Shown here one piece after another: positions 10,174 to 24,589 of a stretch of 64,000 nt of DNA. The notes below the pieces were generated by a model. It saw only the letters and a list, made by a program, of their open reading frames with translations, was not told the origin of the DNA and did no database searches. A program made the position numbers and the translations under genes. This DNA comes from Dicyema japonicum (taxonomy: Eukaryota > Animalia > Dicyemida): NCBI GenBank assembly GCA_011109175.1, contig RDEW01000024.1, forward strand, positions 62,001 through 126,000. The letters are read 5' to 3'. How positions within the stretch are numbered: position 1 is the first letter of the stretch; each line of letters opens with the position of its first letter.

Positions 10174-12569
10174 AAGAAGTTAACAATCCAAAGCTTTAAC
10201 ATAAACGGGATCAGAGGAAAGATTGCCGAACTTTCCTTATTCTTGGAGAGGAACAGAGCGGACATCTGCCTTCTCCAGGAAACGAAGCTTACAAATAACA
10301 TTTCTACTCCTTTCTTTAACGGATACAACACAGTAAGATCCGACCGCCTATCTGGCCAAGGAGAGGGTCTACTGACTTTAGTGAGAAAAGGAATAAAATA
10401 CCTCGAGAACCCTTCTCTGTTATAACTTCCATTGGAAAAATTGAAATTGCGAATGTTTATGTTCCTCCTCCTGGCTCCTGCAAGAAAAATTTCTCCTTTG
10501 ACCTATCTACCTTGGACAAACTGGAGAACTTGCTTTTATGTGGAGACCTGAATGCGAAGCACCCTTCTTGGTTCCGCTACCAGTCCGCTGATAACAGAGG
10601 AAACCTGCTATTATCCCAAATGCAATATTTAATAATCATAAACAACCCGAAAAAGAACACTAGGACACCATACAACACGAAGGACATGGTGACATCTCCG
10701 GACTTATCCGTATGCTCACCTCGTCTTTCCCCGATCATTAATTGGACGGTCCGTTATGACCTATGGAGCGACCACCATACAATGATAATGAAGCTGAACT
10801 GAGAAAAAGACCCCCCCGTCCGTATAGAAAATGCGTGGGATCACGGTCGGAGCATCGAGAAAAAATGGCCCGATTATTGAGAGATGCCTGGATCACCTGA
10901 ATATTAGTTATTAATTAAGACATTGTTTCTTTGGCATAAATAATAAAAATGCTGATGATCTACTCATTATTTCACGTGATCAAAACTTCACGATTGCTTT
11001 AAAAATAGTACAAGAACTTCTGATACAAATTCAAACTTGGCTACCTCAAAAACGGATAAACATATCTTCCGGAACATTTTCCACCACTCTTTTTACCTGG
11101 ACAAAAAGCTCGGAAGATGTACCGTGGATCTATTCCTGGACAACGAAAAAAATCCCTTTTACAAATAACCCTAAAATCTGGGGGTCACTTTTGATATTTC
11201 TCAGTGGACGAAGAGGACGTGTCTGTTTGGAAAACTCCGTTTAATTCCAAATGGAATACGTCAAGAAGTTTTTCTGTCCCCTATACTCTTCAACTTTTTC
11301 TTGAATGATATCCTGACTTCGGAGCAAGTGTTTGAACTATTACTGGCTTATGCAGATGATACTGTTATTACATCCAGGGAGCAAGACGTTCAGGTCGTTT
11401 TGGAAATATTAAAATTAATTGTAAACTACTTAATCTACTGGTTAAATGAAAACAGTCTGTCGATCAGCCCGGAAAAATAGGTTAATTCTTCCTTACCTCT
11501 GATAACAGAATATCCAACAGGACATTGGAGATAGAAGCATATGGAAGCAAGTTGCGATTCCAAAAATGGCAGAAAATCTTGGGAGTAGTATTCGACACCC
11601 ATATGACTTATTCGCGCCATGTGGGAAATGCTTCAAACAAATGTGAAAAGAAATTAACCTCTAGAATGGGATTTCTGGATTATGGATATCGGAAGTCATC
11701 CCTTTCTGAAATCATTATACAGCCAGTATCGGTATCATATACATGTGCATCATGGGGCCCCACAATTTCTTGGACGAATGCCCAGAGAATTGCGGCAACC
11801 CAAAAAGAGCGTTTTCCGTGATAGAAAACTAGATCAAAGGCGATCTAAATTCTACACATACCCCCTTGGAAGAACTAATAAGAAGAAAAGGAGGCCAAAC
11901 TCAGCGAAACCAGAGGATCACTCGTCCACTGCGTTCTTGTGCTGGATTGAGGGAAGACCACCGTCCAAGCTGAGAGCCCTATTGGAATTGGCGGGATCAC
12001 ATAATTTGTGTTTTTGTTTTTAACTCTTTGTAGTCTTTGGAAATAAATTTCAACATCAATTGGTGTTTTGGGTTAATAATAATAATTTTTTAATTAATTA
12101 CAAATAATATCTCATGCAATGGTTGTAGGAATTAGTTACTCTTCTCTTCAGAAACTATATTTTACTGGGAAGAATACTACTTTCCGGTTACGGACCCTTT
12201 GTGTAAGTTGATGGTCGCATTCTGGTCTGGGAGTTTTGGAGATCTTCGGTTGCAGAATTCTCCAGCCTTAGATACTCTCAAACAGTATAAGGATTTATTA
12301 TACAGCAGTGGGGGCAGTTGATTCTATGATTTTGAATGTTTGTAGAAACGAAAAAACTTTGAAAACCAACACCATATAATAAAAAAAGCATTTTTCTTTT
12401 TACACGCCCACGTGGGATTTCGTCGTTATGGGTGTAAAATGTGATTTTCCTTTTTAATTCGCTTTTGAGTCAAGAAAGGCAATGATCAAGAGTTTTGTTT
12501 GGAAGAGACTGGAGGAGGTTGTTAATAAATGAAAAGGGAAGCTTAATAAGCTCTATATGAGAGGTAGTT

Positions 12570-12890
12570 GAGATAACCGTTTTGTTACCCCTTGCCTAGT
12601 TGGGAGCGGAGCGTGGCTGGATGCATTCCCGTATTCTTCCCTAGAAATCCTTTTGGACGATGACTTTATTCGGATTTGGATCGCACAAGGGCGGGAGTTT
12701 ATGTTTGCGTCTAACACCAATGTCGTTGTGAAGGGATCGTCGATGCCAAAGGGCTTCACCCGCACTCGTGCCAAAAAAGTGCGGGCAGAGCACCCCGCCA
12801 TGCTGCTATAAACAACATTGTCATGCGAGCTCTTGAAGCGGCAGGCTTCCCGGAAGTACTGGAACCTGTGGGATTGGACCGGCAGTACTG
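12570..12890 (+). mobile_element. CRE-like element C-terminal relic
   Basis: SGAWLDAFPYSSLEILLDD, CRC, KSAGRAPRHAAINNIVMRALEAAG..LEPVGLDR. Confidence 0.85.
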
Positions 12891-12982
12891 GAGTTTATAC
12901 AGCGTTATATTTGCAGATAAAAAAAACTTCTGCTGGGTCAATTGTAAAACAATCTGTAGTAGAGTTTTATTATTTAAAGTTT

Positions 12983-13265
12983 CCGATGGCGCAGTGTAAC
13001 GCGTGCCGGGACAGAATGAGGAATTTAGTTCGAATTTAGCTGATGTACATTCCCGCTGAAAGTTCCACTCATCCACGATGCTTTGGCTTGACGAGTAACG
13101 CTGTCATCAGTGAACATTTCACTGCGGAACCGGTTCGTCTTTTAAGGACTCACACACAACAAAAAGAAGAGAACAGCATTCCTTGGTTCTCTCTACGATT
13201 AGTTATCATAACTGTTTCTTACGTAAAAAAGTATGTCTTGCTTGGGTTTTTAAGCTCCCAATTGT
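12983..13265 (+). mobile_element. tRNA-headed SINE family, copy 1
   Basis: A-box-like tggcgcagtgt, B-box-like gttcgaatt; body gtcatcagtgaacatttcactgcggaacc shared with 56060-56095. Confidence 0.7.
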
Positions 13266-13562
13266 TGACTGTCATGCACAAAACCTACATTATGAAGACT
13301 TTCTTGAATATCCTCGCTAACAGTTGATATAAGATTTGAGCCAACTTCCCATTGTTTTTTTTCCCTTTAATTATCTGTACCATTGTGTGAGCAAGAATTT
13401 TCATGAGGAAAAATTATTTAGTTTCTTAGCAAATTCCTCCTGAATCAATTATTCTTTCGTTTAGAAAACATATTTTGTTTATTTCTACAATCACTTCTCA
13501 CCACCTACCGTTAATTGAACAGAACACACCGATTTTTTATTTTATCGATGTAATTAATGATC

Positions 13563-13720
13563 ATATAGCTCAGTGTAATAAGTTCCGGGCCAAATCAGGA
13601 AGTACCGGGTTATAATCTCACTGCTTCAATTTGGTTGAAGGTTCCACACATTTACGATCTCCTGTGTTGACGAGTGACCTCGTCATCAGTGTTTTATTAT
13701 TGCGTGACTATTCCCAAAAA
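13563..13720 (+). mobile_element. tRNA-headed SINE, copy 2
   Basis: tagctcagtgt ... gggttataatctc ... ttgaaggttcca ... cgtcatcagtg. Confidence 0.6.
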
Positions 13721-14139
13721 ATCAATGCCTGTGCACAAATCTTTTAGATGAACATCAGCCAGTCGACTAAAGTTACCTAACTCCAACCAAGATAATCTTT
13801 GACTATTCTTTGCGTCTCCATTTTATAACTCCAATAAAAATAAAACGAAAAATATCTTCAAAGTTCAATTTAGAGGTCTCTAACGATGTACCTACGATGT
13901 AGCCACGAAATAGGAGGTCATATCCCAAAATTGATCCTGCATGTTCTCTTCCAACAACAGTACCCTGATGAATTAAGGGTCATTGTGTGTTCTTTGTGCA
14001 ATATTATTTTTTTATATCCTTTATCGTAGAAATTTAATAGAATCTTAGTTTTTAGAGGTTGACTAGACGAATTAAGGTGTTACCGAATTAACAGTATCAC
14101 AAAGTGGAATATTCTTAGACAATAATTTTTTTACTAATT

Positions 14140-14300
14140 TTTATTAACCCGGGGCTTACAATCTTTGGTTAGTCCAGCACAAACAGTCACAAATTATTAA
14201 TCCAAAGAAGGATGCTCATTATAGAACGCCTGCTTGTGGCGACTAAATCCAACCTCCAATTGTCCATTACGAGCCTCTGCTATAAAAGGTGTGGAGAAGT
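14140..14300 (-). mobile_element. Second short repeat family sharing the LINE 3' tail (also ~18690-18858 + and ~55060-55216 +)
   Basis: Shared accaaagattgt(a/g)ag..gggttaataa end and gtcgacacaa core. Confidence 0.6.
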
Positions 14301-14968
14301 AGTTTCGCCTTCTTCCTTTTTCACCGCACGTTTACCGTTTTGGTCGTCACTTTATTTTTCGACGTAAGGGTTTTCATAATGAATAATCTTCTCAATATAA
14401 AGTTATATCCTTCCAGATGATCTGGTCTGTTAGATTCCTTTACGCTCTTCTTGAGATTGCGATTTTTGGAGGCTGTCTAGGTCATCTGCGTCTTCTAATG
14501 CCATTTAACATGTTTTAGGTCGATTTTCATTATTGAGGGCTAAGATAGTCGTGAGTTTCTTCGAAAAGCCCCTGAGCAAAAGAAGTGTTATTCCATAATA
14601 TCGTATGGAGGAACGTCATGATTCATCCGTAATATGTGTCAAATTAATCCGCGTAAGGTGTTAGTAATAATTGTATTCAAGTGCTTTGATTTAAAAAGCG
14701 TGCATAGGTCTTGGTTTTGACATGTACGATTTCTACATGTTGTGTTTTAGACATACGTGCAATTGAGGTCGTCACCACTTCAGGCAAAAGTATTTGGTCA
14801 CGGAAATTCAAAAAAATTAATAATTAAAAATAAATTAATTTAAATCAGTATGAATTAATAAAATGTTCAAGTAATTAAAAAGGAGAAAATTGGTCATTTA
14901 ATAGATTTTTTGATTAAAATACTAATTCACGCGTCACGTGATTAGTTAGTTTGTGTAAACTTGGTCTC

Positions 14969-15040
14969 TGTGTTATTATGTGGTTCGCCATTTCTGGTGG
15001 CGCAAGTTGTGGATTTTACTTCACAATCAAAAAGACCCAC
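14969..15040 (+). ncRNA. Pseudoknot motif copy B, downstream of a cacgcgtcacgtg element
   Basis: GTGGTTC/GACCCAC, GCCA/TGGT and TTGTGGA/TTCACAA helices with joiner CAAAAA. Confidence 0.55.
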
Positions 15041-15779
15041 TACCCTTTCAATCCAAAAGATTGTCCTTCCTGGACGGCCCCACTATTGTCCTGCCTCACC
15101 CAACTTAGTCGAACACCTGCTGATGTTCTCCGAGATATAAAACCCAAATCCAAACATTAACGGAATAAGATGGAAGCTCCCGGAACTCAGGCGTTAACCC
15201 TAAATGAGAAAACAATCCCCTCCACAAATTCAACCAAATACTCGGGGTCACATATGACCCACTAATGACCTTCATCAAACACGTGAGCAACATAATCTTT
15301 TTTTCCAGCGAAAACGCCTGGTCTTCTGATGACCCAAACGCATTCCTGAAGCGCCTTCTCTTCCTTCTGAATAGGAATTCAATCGGAGTGCACTTTTTAT
15401 AACCGATCGAAATTCACCTTTTCCTTGAATGGGTTTCCCAGTTCCTTGCAAAAAACTTAGGAAGCCCAGGCCATTTTTCACCATTATCTCCTCAGAAACG
15501 TTCCTATTTGAATCAATCTTAGTACTGTAAGACTCTCATGATTAAAAGCAAACCCCCTGATCTGCATATATTCTGTCATCGAAAAACTCAGTCTTACTTC
15601 TTTCAATTTTATTCAGCTTTCTTTACTTCTTCATTATTTTAAATTGCTATTTTGTTTTCAAATGTTAGACTACGTGCCTGGAAGCTGAGAAAGTACAGTT
15701 TATCCGAATCATTAACGATTACTTTAATAAAAATTTCAGGACGACTCCTCATTGGGCCAATACACTCCCCTCTGGAAGA

Positions 15780-16330
15780 CTTTTCTGTCGTGGTACTTTG
15801 CAGCTATTTTAGTTTATAGTTTTAAATCTGACTGTATTAATGTTTGTAAAGCTTTATTGAAGTGGGAATGAAACTCTACGAGATGATGAAGCCTTGAGGA
15901 TGGGTTTGACAGGTAGGAGTAATGTGATTATTGTAGATAAGATTTTTAATTTACATGATGACAAATCGGTCAGATTAGAGGTCATCAACTCTGTCAGAAT
16001 TATCGTTAAACAATCATTGGATGACCCTAACTCTCAATTACTCGAAATGATTATCCTATAATCCAGAGACAAGAAAGTTATTTATTGTTAATTCTTCCAG
16101 ATTTCTGTGAAAAATATAGCAATATGGACTCACTAGACTTTTATTACATGAAATGTGTGAAAAGTAAACCATTGTATGAATGTAAATTGCAAAAACAATG
16201 GAACATATTATATTCATTTATGTCAACTAATATTGAAGACAAGTATTTGTTTTCTGTTTAAACTTAACAAGAGACTTGCTGATGAATGCCTAATGTTCCT
16301 GAGAACATTGCTAGACTGTTATATGAGATT
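15780..16330 (+). pseudogene. PDS5: PDS5 (cohesin regulator) internal fragment with tiny introns
   Basis: Spliced LHDDKSVRLEVINSV..NSQLLEMIIL*SRDKK|ISVKNIAI..STNIEDK|RLADECL matches PDS5 HDxxxxIRxxVI..DQLL..RTLDKRWRVRKEA..NSIDDKLLVE; introns of 24, 24 and 29 nt; stops and frameshifts present. Confidence 0.7.
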
Positions 16331-16759
16331 TCAAGGGGAAATCAGAATTAGAAAAACGTATGTTTTTACTAGTGTCATAACTGAGATTGTGAGACGGACT
16401 CGAAGGATTATAAATATATGTTTGATGATTCTTGAAGATATTGCGGATTCTGAAGGATCCTCTGACTCTATAAATTACAAAATATAAACTCTTACTAGTT
16501 TTATTATTTTTAACTAAGAATATCTTTTAATTGGATCTCCGAATACTTTAAATTTGCTTCATCCATGCTTTACAGCCATCCTCGCACACGCAATCTTGTT
16601 TCTGCCCTTCATTCGAATATTATCCAAGTCGTCTGCTGTCACCAATTTAAGACCGATTGTTTCGTTAGACATTTTCATTTATTTATATATGTATATAACT
16701 ATTAAATTATTTATTTATTTGATTAAGCTTTTAGCTATTTTTAATTCTTTAGTTATTTA

Positions 16760-18000
16760 GTGTTTCCGGGTTTGTATAGATTTGAAGATTCTAGCCGATA
16801 TTACGCTTCAAAGAATGGAGGACGCCTAGTACCTGTCGGCTTATCAAAGTGGCTTCCGCAAAGGGAAATCTACGTCAGATTTTATATGGAGTCACAAATG
16901 GAGAAGTGCGACTGTTCAAAAATTTAAATAACGACGACCATTCTGTGGATTGATGTGTAAAAGGCCTTTGATTCAACAGGAACAAGGTGCTGCAAATACT
17001 GGAGCACTTTTTGGAGAGCTCACGACTAGGATGGTCAGGACACTTTCGACGGACACGAGGTTATTGTCAAGACTGGGAAAGCTTTATCGAAGAAATTTGA
17101 ATCGACAATTGGTACCCCTCAAGGAAATATATTATTTCCGATTTTGTTCATATTTATCTGGAGACATATCCGAGAAGGAACAAGCATAATAGCATATGCG
17201 AATGACGTGAACTTTATTGCAAATAACAAAAAGAATTAATTGCACTTTTGGAGAAAATGCCTGATAAATGGCTGAATGGTCATTAAAAGTTAAACATAAA
17301 CAAAACCAAAATCACGGAGCTAAAAAGAAGTGTGGAATGTACCGGGGAGCACTGGTGTAGATCAAAAAAACTATGATCATTTCTCGGTGACACTGAAGAT
17401 ATAACACGAAGGAAGACACTAAATAATGTCGCTTTCAACAAAATGAAAAAAACCTGGCTTCTGCACAAAGGGCTTGACCCTAAAACTCGAATGAGACTAT
17501 ACAATGCCCTAGTGAGACAATCCTTTTTATATAATGCCAGTACATGGGCATGCACAGGGTAGGTACTCGAAAAGTTGAATTCTTTTCACAAATCATCTCC
17601 GAGCAATACGATTTTTTCGAAGCTTTTTCAAAATATTGTCTGAAATATTATACAAGAAAACAGGAACTGAGCCAATATCATGTGATATTACTGATTCAAG
17701 ATGAGGCTGTTTGGACACATACTCCGCCACATATTGGACACCTGCGAACATAGCAATGGAGGAGAATTTTGTCTTAGAGGTTTCGTGTTTTGGCGGCCGG
17801 CCGATGGCAACACTGCCGGTAATCCTAGATAAAGATCTCAGGAGATTGGAAAGTGTCTTATGTTGGGGATGATCTAGATTTGCTACGGAACATGGCAACG
17901 GATCGAAAAAGATGGGCGACGTTAATTAGATTGTTAACTTTTCGTGTTGCACATGATTTGTCATGATCTTGGCATCGCGTACGTTCCTATAATAATGTTA
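16760..18000 (+). mobile_element. Degenerate RTE LINE (RT to 3' tail)
   Basis: QSGFRKGKSTSD, RLYNALVRQSFLYNASTW, RWRLFGHILR. Confidence 0.9.
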
Positions 18001-18094
18001 TTTAGGTGTAGCCGTTGTTTTTGCTATTTTCTGATTATCTTTCACTTTAGAAATTAGAAGTAAAATTTATTTGTAAGCAAAAAAAGGAGAAAAC

Positions 18095-18400
18095 ATTAGT
18101 TAGCTGCCGCCTCAGTGCGTTGGTTGTTTCCTCTCAGAATAGCAAGCGAAATTCGCTCAAACAGCAGAGGCGTTCGCGGAGATCTACAGTGCATGATGTA
18201 TTCCGGTTTCCAAAACGTCCGAAAAACTCTCATGTAATGGGGGAGTAAGATCCGGAAGTCTCCATAGCAAGGGAACAAATTGGACAGTATCGTGAAAGTC
18301 GTCGCATTTTTCGAGTTTGGCTTTCTCGGCCTTGACGGCTGCAGATTAGGTTCTTGAAGCTCACTCGTGAAGATTGTTCGGGGCGAACGTGTCTGTACAA
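18095..18400 (-). mobile_element. CRE-like element 3' relic
   Basis: TDTFAPNNL, LFERISLAILRGN. Confidence 0.75.
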
Positions 18401-19011
18401 TCCTCGGTCAATAATTTTGCAAATTTAAAAGCAAAACTTACTTAAGATTCACTAAAAAGCTAACCGTGACATCGAACAGACTATAGAATCAAAAAGTTTT
18501 TATTTCAAAAAATAATAAAACTAAAGTATTTCTTAATTCGAAAATCAGAGGCATTTATTTTTTAATAACTTCATTCATCTTTCTTTCTCAATGTTCCCTT
18601 TTCGGAGTTATTAAATAAATAAATTCATCCAGAGAAAATCCTCTTGTGAAGATTGACATTAAAAAAACTCTTCTGCCGAAAAATGATGTGATTTCCGCAA
18701 CATAATGTTTCTCTCTTCAGAAGCAGAAGTCAGTAATGGTGCACTATTTAGGATGGATTTAGTCGACACAAACAAATCTCGGGTTCCATCTTAGACTAAC
18801 TAGTGGGACTACTTATGCTGATTTCACCAAAGATTGTGAGCCTGGGATAATAAATAAATCGCTAAACTCTATTTATCGGATCACTATAGAATAATAATTA
18901 GATGTGAATAATAAAACTTAAAAAAAGTAGTAAATGACAAACTTATCTGTTAAAATTACAGATATCCAATAAAATCAAATAATTTATGATAAACTCAATT
19001 TTAGAAAAAAA

Positions 19012-19680
19012 CTAATCATTTACAGTTTTAAAGCATAAAGCGGAAATAGACCTCTCAACAAATTCATTGACTTCAGATCGAAGTCTTTATCCTCAGAGGT
19101 CACACTCTACAATACATACACATTTCTACCTTTGAGATAACATTCATATAAGTCTTCACATAATCCACACCCACCACAACTACGCTACAGTTAGTGAGTG
19201 ATACACACATCTGAACCAAACATAACACACAAAGACTTAACAAGAAAGCTCTTCAACTTATTCTTTTCGGTCTCCTCGCTAACAAATTCAGGGTACGACA
19301 AATCATCTACAGAGCTATCTTCCACCTTCAAAATAATAGCCTGAACGGCATCAACGTACATATCCGAAGCAGGACTCGAAGTCCACTTCGAATAAAGACA
19401 ATTGTAAACTCAAGACCACGTAATCATCCTTAAAAGTAATCTCAATTGTTTTCGCTACAAAAATCTTCAAGGATTCGACATCCTCGGAGACCAAAACAGT
19501 CATCTGCATCAAAAAAATTCTAACCAAATCCCGAGATCCCTTAAAGGGGATTGATTGCCTTTAACTATCAAACTCTAATCAGTTTTGTGTAATCTAAAGA
19601 ATCAAAATCCTTAACAAAACCAATGACTTTCATAGACTCCGTGGCAGTATTTGCTGGTGCCTCGAAATCCATTCTTAGAA
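19012..19680 (-). pseudogene. CPSF3: CPSF73/CPSF3 C-terminal fragment with tiny introns
   Basis: QSIPFKG..VVL(E)|WTSSPASDMYVDAVQAIILKVE..MFGSD matches CPSF73 [33 protein letters not shown]..IFGED; nuclease domain absent; frameshifts present. Confidence 0.85.
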
Positions 19681-19849
19681 TGTGTCTGAATAGTCTCCAC
19701 CTGCATGCATTATTTCTAGTTAGATTGGTTTGCTTGATGTCCTGGTATAGACTATTTAGCTTCTGAGCCTGAATGCAATGTCGAGGCTTTACTACGTCAA
19801 AGCTGATCTATATAAAACAAGTTAGATTGTGTGATTGTCCATATAAGAA

Positions 19850-20880
19850 AGTCCAATGTTCAGGCATTGTAGAGGAAAATTGGCTTCATCAGTTAATTGT
19901 AAGAAACCACTCCCCAAGGTCTGCAGAGGCAACGTAGCGTAACCGCTTCAAGACTGCTTTATCTTTACATACGAAATCTACATCATAGCGTATACAATAT
20001 CGGTAATTTGGCCATTATAAAAGCTTCTAAGACCACGCAGTGCTGCTCCAGGTATACCAAAAACTGCAAAGGGGAATGGGAGTCCCCCTGGGGTACCACA
20101 GTCGTCGAAAAATTTCTGAACGACTTACTTTCAACTCGTACTGACAATTCTGTGTTCAACATAAAACTTTTATCATCCTGACCAAATCCCTATTAAGGAA
20201 TCTCTGCAAAACATCACTTAGTTTTCCTCGGCTATTTGTGTCGGAAGCTCTCGTCATGTCGATCCCCAAATTGTATCGAACTCTCAAATCTTTGGTAATA
20301 GGAACAACGCCACCTAAGCCCCCAGACCACATCAGCGGTAGATCTCCCTGTCCTGAATCCACTGTGGCTGGATACAAAAATTCATACACAGGCTCTTGCA
20401 CACGATCCTGCAACACATGAGCATGTGACCTTTCTTAGCGTATTGAGTAAGATGACTGGGCGAAGGTTTTCCACAGGCCTGCCCTTTTTATTCGGTTTTT
20501 GAATCAGCACCAGAATTCCTTTTCTCAACGGAACAAGGTCGTTTGTTCAAACATTTCTTTTAATACTTCGGCCACGATTTTCACCAGGGTTTTGAGAACG
20601 TACATTAGTAACTGAGCACTTATGCCATCCGGTCCTGACAAGCGATTGCACTTTAGTCTCTCTAATGCTTTCATAACTTCTCCCACCGTGATTTCATTTA
20701 CAAGATTTCCTGAATTACCATTGATTAGGTCTACCTTTTCCCCGTCAACGTCAAAAAATCGTTCAAAATGAGAAGCAATAAGTTCGGCTCGTCTGTAGCG
20801 TCAAAAATCATATAACTTTGTTATCCTGAATTATATTTTGCCCTTTCAGTTCCTCCTCTTAAGTAGGCGCATTGCCAATT
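19850..20880 (-). mobile_element. Degenerate RTE LINE
   Basis: SGPDGISA, GILVLIQKPNKKG, LGIDMTRASD, VPQGxxxSP, YAMM (decayed YADD). Confidence 0.85.
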
Positions 20881-23800
20881 GGGTGGCCCTGCTCGGTACC
20901 ACGTGCGGCAGCCTCCAATGTGTTCGTCTGCAGCCATGTTTTATAGTTCTATTGGTGAGAAGTGATGTCCCTGATCTTTTACAGTAGCGTTTTTAGTAGT
21001 TTAATACTCCAGGCGGACAATCATAGGTGAGTTAATATACTGATTAAACATACTGAGTATATTAATATGTAGAGTCGAAGTGAAATATCTTTTTTGATGT
21101 ATTTTTTTAAATACTTTTCGAAAAAAACTCATCGAATAGATGATATCACATTATATTTGTGTAGCTTTCCAGATAACACAATGATAAAGAGATATGATAT
21201 CATCGTTAATTGTTGATTAGAAAATTTCTCCAATCTCTGTTTGCTTTGTTCTTTTTTTCGTAGTTTCCCGACAAATTTCAAAAATTAATTTGAATTTATT
21301 ATGGATAAGAATTTTATAACGAACCTTTTTAAATCCAGAAAATTTATAGTTTGAGTAACACAATAAAATATTAATTTAAATGCCGATTTACCATTTTTTA
21401 TAACAAGATGTTAAAAGAAGAAATATTAAACGATTAGGTGATCTAATTAGAGTGAATTAAATAATCGTTTATCGGCCACTTGAAGTCATAAAAATAATAT
21501 TGAGCGAAAAAAATGAAAAACTTAATGAATTATTTCAATTGAAGACTGATTTAGTAATTAAAAAATCAAATAATGTTTCCTAAAACATAAAGAAGAGTTA
21601 TTTCAGTTGTTTCCTGTAATTCGCATATTTATGTTCATTAAACAACTGCTAGAATGATATTTCATTGAAAAGGAAAATTACAATCAAAAAAAAACAAATG
21701 TCACACTCCTATTAATTTATCCTCGATAATTTAATATTTGCAATTTGCTTATTTCATAAGTCTAGTTTCATAATAAAAAAATAAATATATTTTTTAATAA
21801 TAATCAATAAATTATTAATTAAAATTTAATTAAAAATTTACAAGTTAACAAATGTGTCTAGTCGATTAACTCTTGAAAATTAAAGAAATTAAAGGATATA
21901 AGCAATAATCTTGACGTAGGAGGAGACATTTTCTACTTGACAGAATTCATCTTAAGAAACTCTCTTAAATTAAATTTCGACAAGGAAATGCCTATATTTT
22001 AACGGTAATAAAAAGCTTCCGTTTTTTGTGAAGAATTTGTGCAAAAATAATACAGGTATACCTTAAAGTAACAAATTAATAGTCAGAACACAATTATAAT
22101 CACTTCTTTAGAGACTGAATATTTTTAAATTGAGACCAGAAGTATTACGGGATTGTTAAGGATTTGATTGGATACTTATCGAAAATTGTATATTTGTCAA
22201 GTATTATTTACTTTTTATTTCACATGCAAAGAGATTACTGCTGTACAAAACTTCCTATAACACCGGATCTTAGCAAGAAAGCTAAGGGATCGCTATATTG
22301 CTGAACTTTATAGACCTAAAGGGATACTTAGAAATTAATATTGGATATCCATGCTTATGATTTTGTTGGTAAAATTACATACAGACAATGTTAAGGATGC
22401 TTGTAAGCTCGGGACATCCAGAAGCCCACAGAAAGATTACAAGTTAACATGGAATGACTTAAAGCCTGGTTAACATAAAACCTGATTATGATGATGGCTG
22501 AGAAGTCTTCTACTTACCTTTTTATTTCTGACAAATTGGAAGGAAAAGTCACCTTGAAGTTAAACAAGGTCGATATCCCTATATGAAAGAGTGGTACTCA
22601 ACCGGGGGCACTAAAAAGGCACAAGGCACTAAAGAAAATGCAATAAAGACAATTAATTATTATTTAGATAATATTTTGTTTCATCAATCGACTAGAAATT
22701 TTTATGGTATATTACAACACGTTATTATAACGAATCTGTAACGACTATGATTTCTGATGCGACAAGCAGGCCAAACACGAATTAAACCCCTTATTTAACT
22801 GCAAATCAAAATTTGATAAATGACAATCTTTTTATTCTTAAAGAGAAACTGAAAATTAAAAATGGCGAAATATCTTGAATTACAATGTAAACGGTTTCTA
22901 TGTTTAATCTGACTTCAGAACGCCACCCACGAGAATGTAAACTTGATTTCTACCTTAATACAGAAAACAGACTTCAAATTACAATCATGCATATTGTCAA
23001 TAGTTGAGAAGTCCCAGTAAAGTGAGAAAATATAGAATTAACCCTCCAAGCCCATGAAGTAATGTCAATATAGGAATATTATGAATTCTTTCATAGTTTT
23101 TTCATCCTAGTTATTTTAGTGAGTGTATTCTGCCTTATGAAGTCGAGGATTACACACTTGAAAACTTTAGTGATGCAAAAGTTGCTAGAAAACATGTTTA
23201 TTCTGACTTATGCTTTCTGACGGGATTGTTTTGAGGCTAATTGTCTATCCTGTAATTGTACTTGTTTCCGTAGAATGGAAGGAAGAAGCTTTTTGCTTCT
23301 GTGTGTTGATTCTACAAGTGGTCTCCGGAATCATTTACGTAAGAATTCAGATTTTATTGCAAACTTACATTGTTTGATAAAGTCGAAATGAAAATATATC
23401 TGAGGCTCGTACTGATGAGTTGTAGTCAATAAAGTTTCGTGGATATATTATTTTCTGTAGTTTGCATTGAATGGAAAGTGATGATTCATATTTAACGACA
23501 CTATTACAAGCAAAGTAGTTTTCTGTCCCCCTCTTATTACCAAAAATACAATGTTCTAAGAGAGGAGATGAATATTTATTCTAAATAATTTTCTTAAATC
23601 TGATGGAAGATGTCATCGGTCTGTAAGTGGAAATTTAGGTGATCTAATAGGAATCAGAAACATGAATCTATTTTAAACATAGAGAGCACCAAAGGCTCAC
23701 GAGCCAACTTTTGCCGACCCGGGTTATAGTGCATAGCCATTGCGAATATGTGGATAATACATAGCCCATCACAATATCACTCAAAAAAGGAATTGCCTGT

Positions 23801-24589
23801 TTCGACTGGAGATTCGCCATTCCTACTTCCTAAGTCGGGGGAAGAAAAGATTATATAAAATAAACCAGAGGGTGGTATATGCATGACCAAGAAAACACCT
23901 TCGATATTCAGAGATCAGCTCAAAAAATTAAGGGTGTTGATCCGTGGAGTTTGACACCTGATGACAAAAAAGTTGTGTGCCAATTCATTTAAATACTCCG
24001 ACGAGTATTATTCTCAAGAAATTTGGACGCCTGACTCTATCAGAAGCAATTCTGTTCATATAATTGATCTCTTTGAATATCTTGAGAAAGAACTCAGCGA
24101 CAATTATGTCGACAGGGATCAAAACTAAATAATTTAATTGGGATAAGGCTCACGTCATTCTTAAATCTAAGGAAACATATCCGTTCTTAAACCAATCATA
24201 TCGATTCATTTCCTTATCGTTTTTTTAAATAAAATTATTCTTTCCGAGTCAAGATTAGAGATGTGTGATTCAGTTGGCCAACCAGGATATTATTTAAATC
24301 ATAATAAATTTGAATTAATTAACACCAAATTTTTTTTCCGAAAAAGAACCAATTAAGTTAGTAAAATGTTAGTAACTCCGCAAAAGCCCATTACATTGTA
24401 CTTGTTCGCAATGGCACTGCAGTCTGAAATAACATTATTAATTACATGTTTCACTTGTCTGCTTGCTGTATTGTCTAAATTATTACTTTCGAACATATAC
24501 ATGTAATTATTCGAGAATCATGATTATTATAGCTTTATACCTATGATAAATATAATATTATACGCCTCTGCATCACCGAATGAATCCCT

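Larger units (their letters stand above)
9990..12085 (+). mobile_element. APE-RT-CCHC LINE, composite of fragments with 5' leader, 2A-like motif, APE, RT and 3' tail
   Basis: SFNINGI, CLLQETKL, GDLNAKH, SPDLS, WSDH, YADD, ILGVVFD; tail gggttaataataataa at ~12070. Confidence 0.9.

Noticed and set aside
21840-24130. Coding-like decayed sequence with occasional tiny-intron-like segments
   Set aside because: Could not reconstruct a frame or recognise a product
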